From the NCBI GenBank assembly GCA_010015585.1, contig ML975160.1: a stretch of 64,000 nt of DNA; one strand, given 5' to 3'. The position numbers and the translations under genes are program-made. This document shows positions 59,894 to 64,000 of this stretch, piece by piece. Every line of letters starts with the position of its first letter. Positions within the stretch are counted from its first letter, which is position 1. This DNA is from Eremomyces bilateralis CBS 781.70. Lineage: Eukaryota. The notes under the pieces were generated by a model, which saw only the letters and a program-made list of their open reading frames with translations, was not told the DNA's origin and did not search any database.

Positions 59894-60559
59894 TCACTCC
59901 CCACAACTCTCATACCCCCATTCCATCCCCGCTTTCTCCTCGCTCGACCCTGCTCCGGGACTCTCCATCACAGCCACCATCATCTCCCTCCTCCGATCCT
60001 GCTCGGCCCAACTCATCCGCCTCCCAACCCCTGGTTCCCGATCTCTCCCCTCCCCTCCCCCCTCATCCGCATATTTTCCCCGCTCCGGAATCGCGCCACC
60101 CGCTCTCTCCGCCACAGCCTGGAAGTAGCCTCCGCCACCACTTACCGCGGATTTCGGCGTCTTGGGAGACGATGCCACCCGCTCCGCCACCGCAATCTCG
60201 TAGTTCCAGCTGGTCCGTTTCGGCAGCGGAGGCCGTGTACTGTCCGGCCATGGGTCAGCGGACGGTGGGCCGTTCACGCCAGGTGCCTTGTCTGTATCTG
60301 GTGCGCCATTGTGGCCCTCATTCCGCTGCGTCGTGAGTACCGTGAGTGGGTCTCTGGCGCCAGAGGATGGTATTATCCCGGAGGAGCTGGTATCAGGGGT
60401 GCTGCGGGGGTTCGAGAGGGAGGGGATATTCTGCTCAGCAGTGGAGGAGGGTTCGGAGAGGAGGGCTCGCGTGGCGAGGACTGAGGAGCGCGGGTATGAA
60501 TAGGGGTCATCGCTGGGGGTTTTCGCGCCGTAAGGGGTTGGTGGAGGTTCGGTGGTCAT
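59894..60559 (-). CDS. Hypothetical, largely disordered protein
   Basis: 221-aa ATG-initiated ORF in an otherwise empty interval; Pro/Ser-rich with KRTSW and RRMSW motifs. Confidence 0.6.
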   Translation of the reverse strand: MTTEPPPTPYGAKTPSDDPYSYPRSSVLATRALLSEPSSTAEQNIPSLSNPRSTPDTSSSGIIPSSGARDPLTVLTTQRNEGHNGAPDTDKAPGVNGPPSADPWPDSTRPPLPKRTSWNYEIAVAERVASSPKTPKSAVSGGGGYFQAVAERAGGAIPERGKYADEGGGEGRDREPGVGRRMSWAEQDRRREMMVAVMESPGAGSSEEKAGMEWGYESCGE

Positions 60560-61931
60560 GACAGTGGGTTATAACTTATAAGGGTTGCAGAGTTAGGTCT
60601 GGTGGACGGACTTGGACTAAAGGAGACTGATCTGAAGAACTTCTGGAATTGGAGGTTTTGTAATTCTGCAGTTTGAAATGGAGTAATAGACTAATAGTGC
60701 CCGGAACGGAATGTACAGAGGCAGGTATGCAACGGTTTAAAGCTACCGCGATGGATGGATACTGTAGGAGCCCAGTCTAAACTTTGTTTCCAAACAAACG
60801 CTGAGAAAATGATGTATTGATCGAGTAATTACGAATTTTGGTTGGGAAACTCAACAAGTACAAATCGAATTAAGGAAAATCGACTTTCAAGGCAATTCCA
60901 AGACTGATCATGATGTGATGTGACGTCGAGCGGGGAAAGAAGCTGTAGGCCTGCAAGCCACCAGACATCCCAAGTTGGGAATCGGGGATTAGAGGTCTCG
61001 ATACTACTGTCCTACGAAGGATTTAGGACATGGACCAACACATATGTGGATGTTGGATGTGACTTTAGCTAATGTAAGCCAATTCCGATCCCCAACACAA
61101 GCGTTGTTTTCGTCCCAAAGCCATAGGCGGCTCTTCTTCTGCCGCTGTCCCTGCACTAACGGTCAATCAGCAATCACAGTCGAAGGCAGCAAAGGTAGAT
61201 CTCCAAAATTATCATTAAGGGTGCCTTCTACATCGTGCGTCCCAGTTGACAGCTTTAACGCACTCCCTGTCGACGCCATTTCCACCGCTAGAATCACGAG
61301 GCCCCCCTGAGTTGCTCATGAAAAACCCCTACCCCAAAAGCTGTAGATGAGCCAGAATCGGTCGTAAGCTCATGTGTCACCCGAGAAATGCAAGAGTATT
61401 CGCATGTCAGTCCCAAATGCCTTCGCCAATCCAAAGATGGGGTAAGTTGTACGCCATGAGAATCCTGCCAGTCCACCCCTCCACGTATCGATTGCGACTG
61501 AAGCCGTTTATCGTAACTGTGGCATGCTGCCCTTACCTGAAAAGACCCTGGTGAACAAGCGCCTTCTAATGCAATACGTCAATGACCCTGTGATAGCAAA
61601 TGCTGTTGAAAAACGTGTAGCCCTGAAAGGAAAAGATTTTCAGATCCAACGGGAAACACCGGACACCCTGATTTGCTCTGGATGCACATCGAGGGAAACT
61701 CACCGCGCTCTGAAACGATCGGTCGAAGGGAACTTTTATCGCACCAGCCCATCCAGATGAGGTAATCGAGTGTCGGTTCGAGAGTTTCAGCGCAATGTTC
61801 AGGACCACTCGTGCTTGGTCGTACATGCACAAGTCCAGCCCCACCGAAGTTGCACGAGACGGTGACATGACCTCCCGTCACCATCAACTATTGCGTCTCT
61901 GAGGTGTTTGAAATATCGAGTGCAACAGAGC

Positions 61932-64000
61932 TTAGCACCCATGCATCAAAGTGTTCTTCGGCCACCCATAACCGGTCTGATTCCATTTCTATTCGATCAT
62001 TAGAACACGTCTACTCCTCATGACCGGTTTGTGGTCTTCACTTACCGTCAAGTTTTGATTGTTATAGGGCTCTGGATGGTTCTTGATGTACTCAGTCGTC
62101 TCGAACCCCGGTGGGTCGCACGTCACCATCGTTTTCCCCTTTGGCTGATACCATCGAACATAATCAATCCGCATAATCGTAGGGAATTTCAATTTTGCCC
62201 AGTCGATATTGACCCACGAATTGCTGATGCCAAGATTTAGGACGATGGACATGGGTTCCTCGCTCACGACTCGACTACCAACGTTGCCGTTGGGTCCGAT
62301 TGCCCTTCCATCGACCTGGTACACCATTTCCTCACCGACAAACCAAGAGATTTTTCCCTTAGCACCGGTCCCAGGCGTGTACTCAAAGGCGTATTTTTGG
62401 TAAGCTTGGCCGTCAAACCACCGCTTATTCAGTGACGTGGTGGTCGAGACCGCTTGCTGGAATGGGCCGCCAGTATAACTGTTCGTCAGAGAGACTGCAG
62501 GGTTCGGACAAGCAGTAAATTCATAATCCGGATAGTACTGCAAGTCCATTAGAAATAATGATTGACAAAGGGACTTGGAGGACAAAGGACAAGCATACCC
62601 ATATGTCGAAAGGGGCGACCTGATAAGATTGTGTAGCAACGGGAATACCCGACCAATCTGCGCTGGCTTCAATGATGTCAATTTCTGGAGCTCCACGACC
62701 TCTTCCCGGAGTGGGGTGGTCCGCGCCGGGGCAAGTGCAAGCTGGAAGACGTTGACCGGGGAGACGGGAGGTTCCATCGGTCATGGACTGATTTGGTGTA
62801 ATGCCCACATCGCTATCGCTCATCGTGTCAACGGCAATATAAGAAGGCATTCCAGGTTGCGACTCACCATTCGTCATACGTGTAGGGCCACATGCCTTCG
62901 GTCGTCGCCAAGTAGCCCGGTCGTCCAAGATTGCCCATTGTCCATGCCCCGGGCCACAAGCCCATGACACCGGCTGGACCGGGCAAAGAAATTGAAACCT
63001 CGAACACTCCGCCCTTGAAACAAGCCTGATTCCAGGTGTTCAACATCCCAGAGCGGAATTTGAGGTTGTGGTTGTCGAACTGATCCAGCCGAAGTTCCAG
63101 CACCCCATCCCACGTAGTCACGGCGTCAGGATCATACCATTCCAGATCCTGCGTTGCCCCATACCAAAAATCGGGCGCGAAGAAGTAAGGATCATCGCCA
63201 GGATAAAAAGTGCGGTTATTATCGTTGAACTCGTCGCTGAATACGAGGATGAGATCGCTGCCATCGACGGATTTCCGCGTCTTCGCGTGCGAGGGCGTGT
63301 CGGGGTCAATTAGACCCCTCCGCATATATCTGAGAAGAGGATGGTGGCGGTCGTTGACCGTTGCCCATGGTTGCGGTTCAGGGACCTGGTCAGGCATTTC
63401 GTCAATTGGCGTGTCGTAGCTCCCGCTGAAGTGAACCACACTGGTATAGCTGAGGACGGGGAACACCACAAAAAGGAACAAGATTCCGGATATCATCATA
63501 ATCAGCCCAATGGTGGAGCAGATGTTTGCCCTGGAGAAGTGATCTCTCAATCTCGGTCTGAATCGAACATCGTCGTCCGGATATGGCATATGCATATCGT
63601 CGTCCGGCTCCTTCTCGTCGAGAAAGAGAGGAAAACTGTACATCCCTCTAACAGCGTACGGGGCAGACAATCGGTCGTCGAGCGGGAAGAACTTTTCCAT
63701 TTCGGGGTCAGTAGGCAACTTGGTGGTAGATGCTCCTGGTAATGCTGCTGTCCGGATCGACTCGTCGCTAGATAGAAGAGCGGAGGGAGCCGGGACGCCG
63801 GGGGTAGACAGGAAAGAGCTCCGGCGGCAGTCCGAGAACGGGTTGAAGTATCTCGAATAATCGGAACCCAGCTCGTGCAAGGTCATGGGTATCGGCCGCC
63901 GATCATTTGTCTGGTCAGACTGGCTTGACTCCAGCCCTCGTGATCTCCCTAGGCGTTTGTGAGTGAGAGTCTTTGGCCATGACGGGGTTTGAGTCCGACC
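61932..64000 (-). CDS. Beta-glucan synthesis-associated protein Kre6/Skn1 (GH16), 5'-partial; exons 64000(edge)-62868, 62812-62599, 62537-62046, 61988-61932
   Basis: EPDDDMH, TM helix, [15 protein letters not shown]...[56 protein letters not shown]; frame open to the window edge. Confidence 0.93.

Overview
Eukaryotic genomic DNA from a filamentous ascomycete fungus (Pezizomycotina-type genes; short GT-AG introns with CTRAC-like branch points). I can support about 23 protein-coding loci. Most are housekeeping genes: MIA40, END3, a MAK32-like pfkB kinase, CAP/SRV2, eIF5B, a Yip1-domain gene, an EGT2-like PLP lyase, a TesB thioesterase, DML1, ARH1, UTP10, a ChsD-type chitin synthase, UPF2 and a 5'-partial KRE6/SKN1. 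The window also holds the 3' end of an NLR-like TPR gene, an EthA-like monooxygenase, a PR-1/SCP protein, a probable pseudokinase, two secreted or membrane proteins, and a gene-poor orphan stretch at 42-47 kb. I could not support any tRNA, rRNA, CRISPR array or intact transposon. The most interesting signals are: a second in-frame, Kozak-perfect N-terminus inside intron 1 of CAP/SRV2; a long weak-donor intron near the 3' end of UPF2 that could give alternative C-termini or NMD autoregulation; a kinase-fold protein lacking its catalytic residues; a GPI-type protein with repeated Kex2-like sites; and a coiled-coil ORF broken by two in-frame TAG codons. Exon boundaries and family assignments were made by eye, without database searches.
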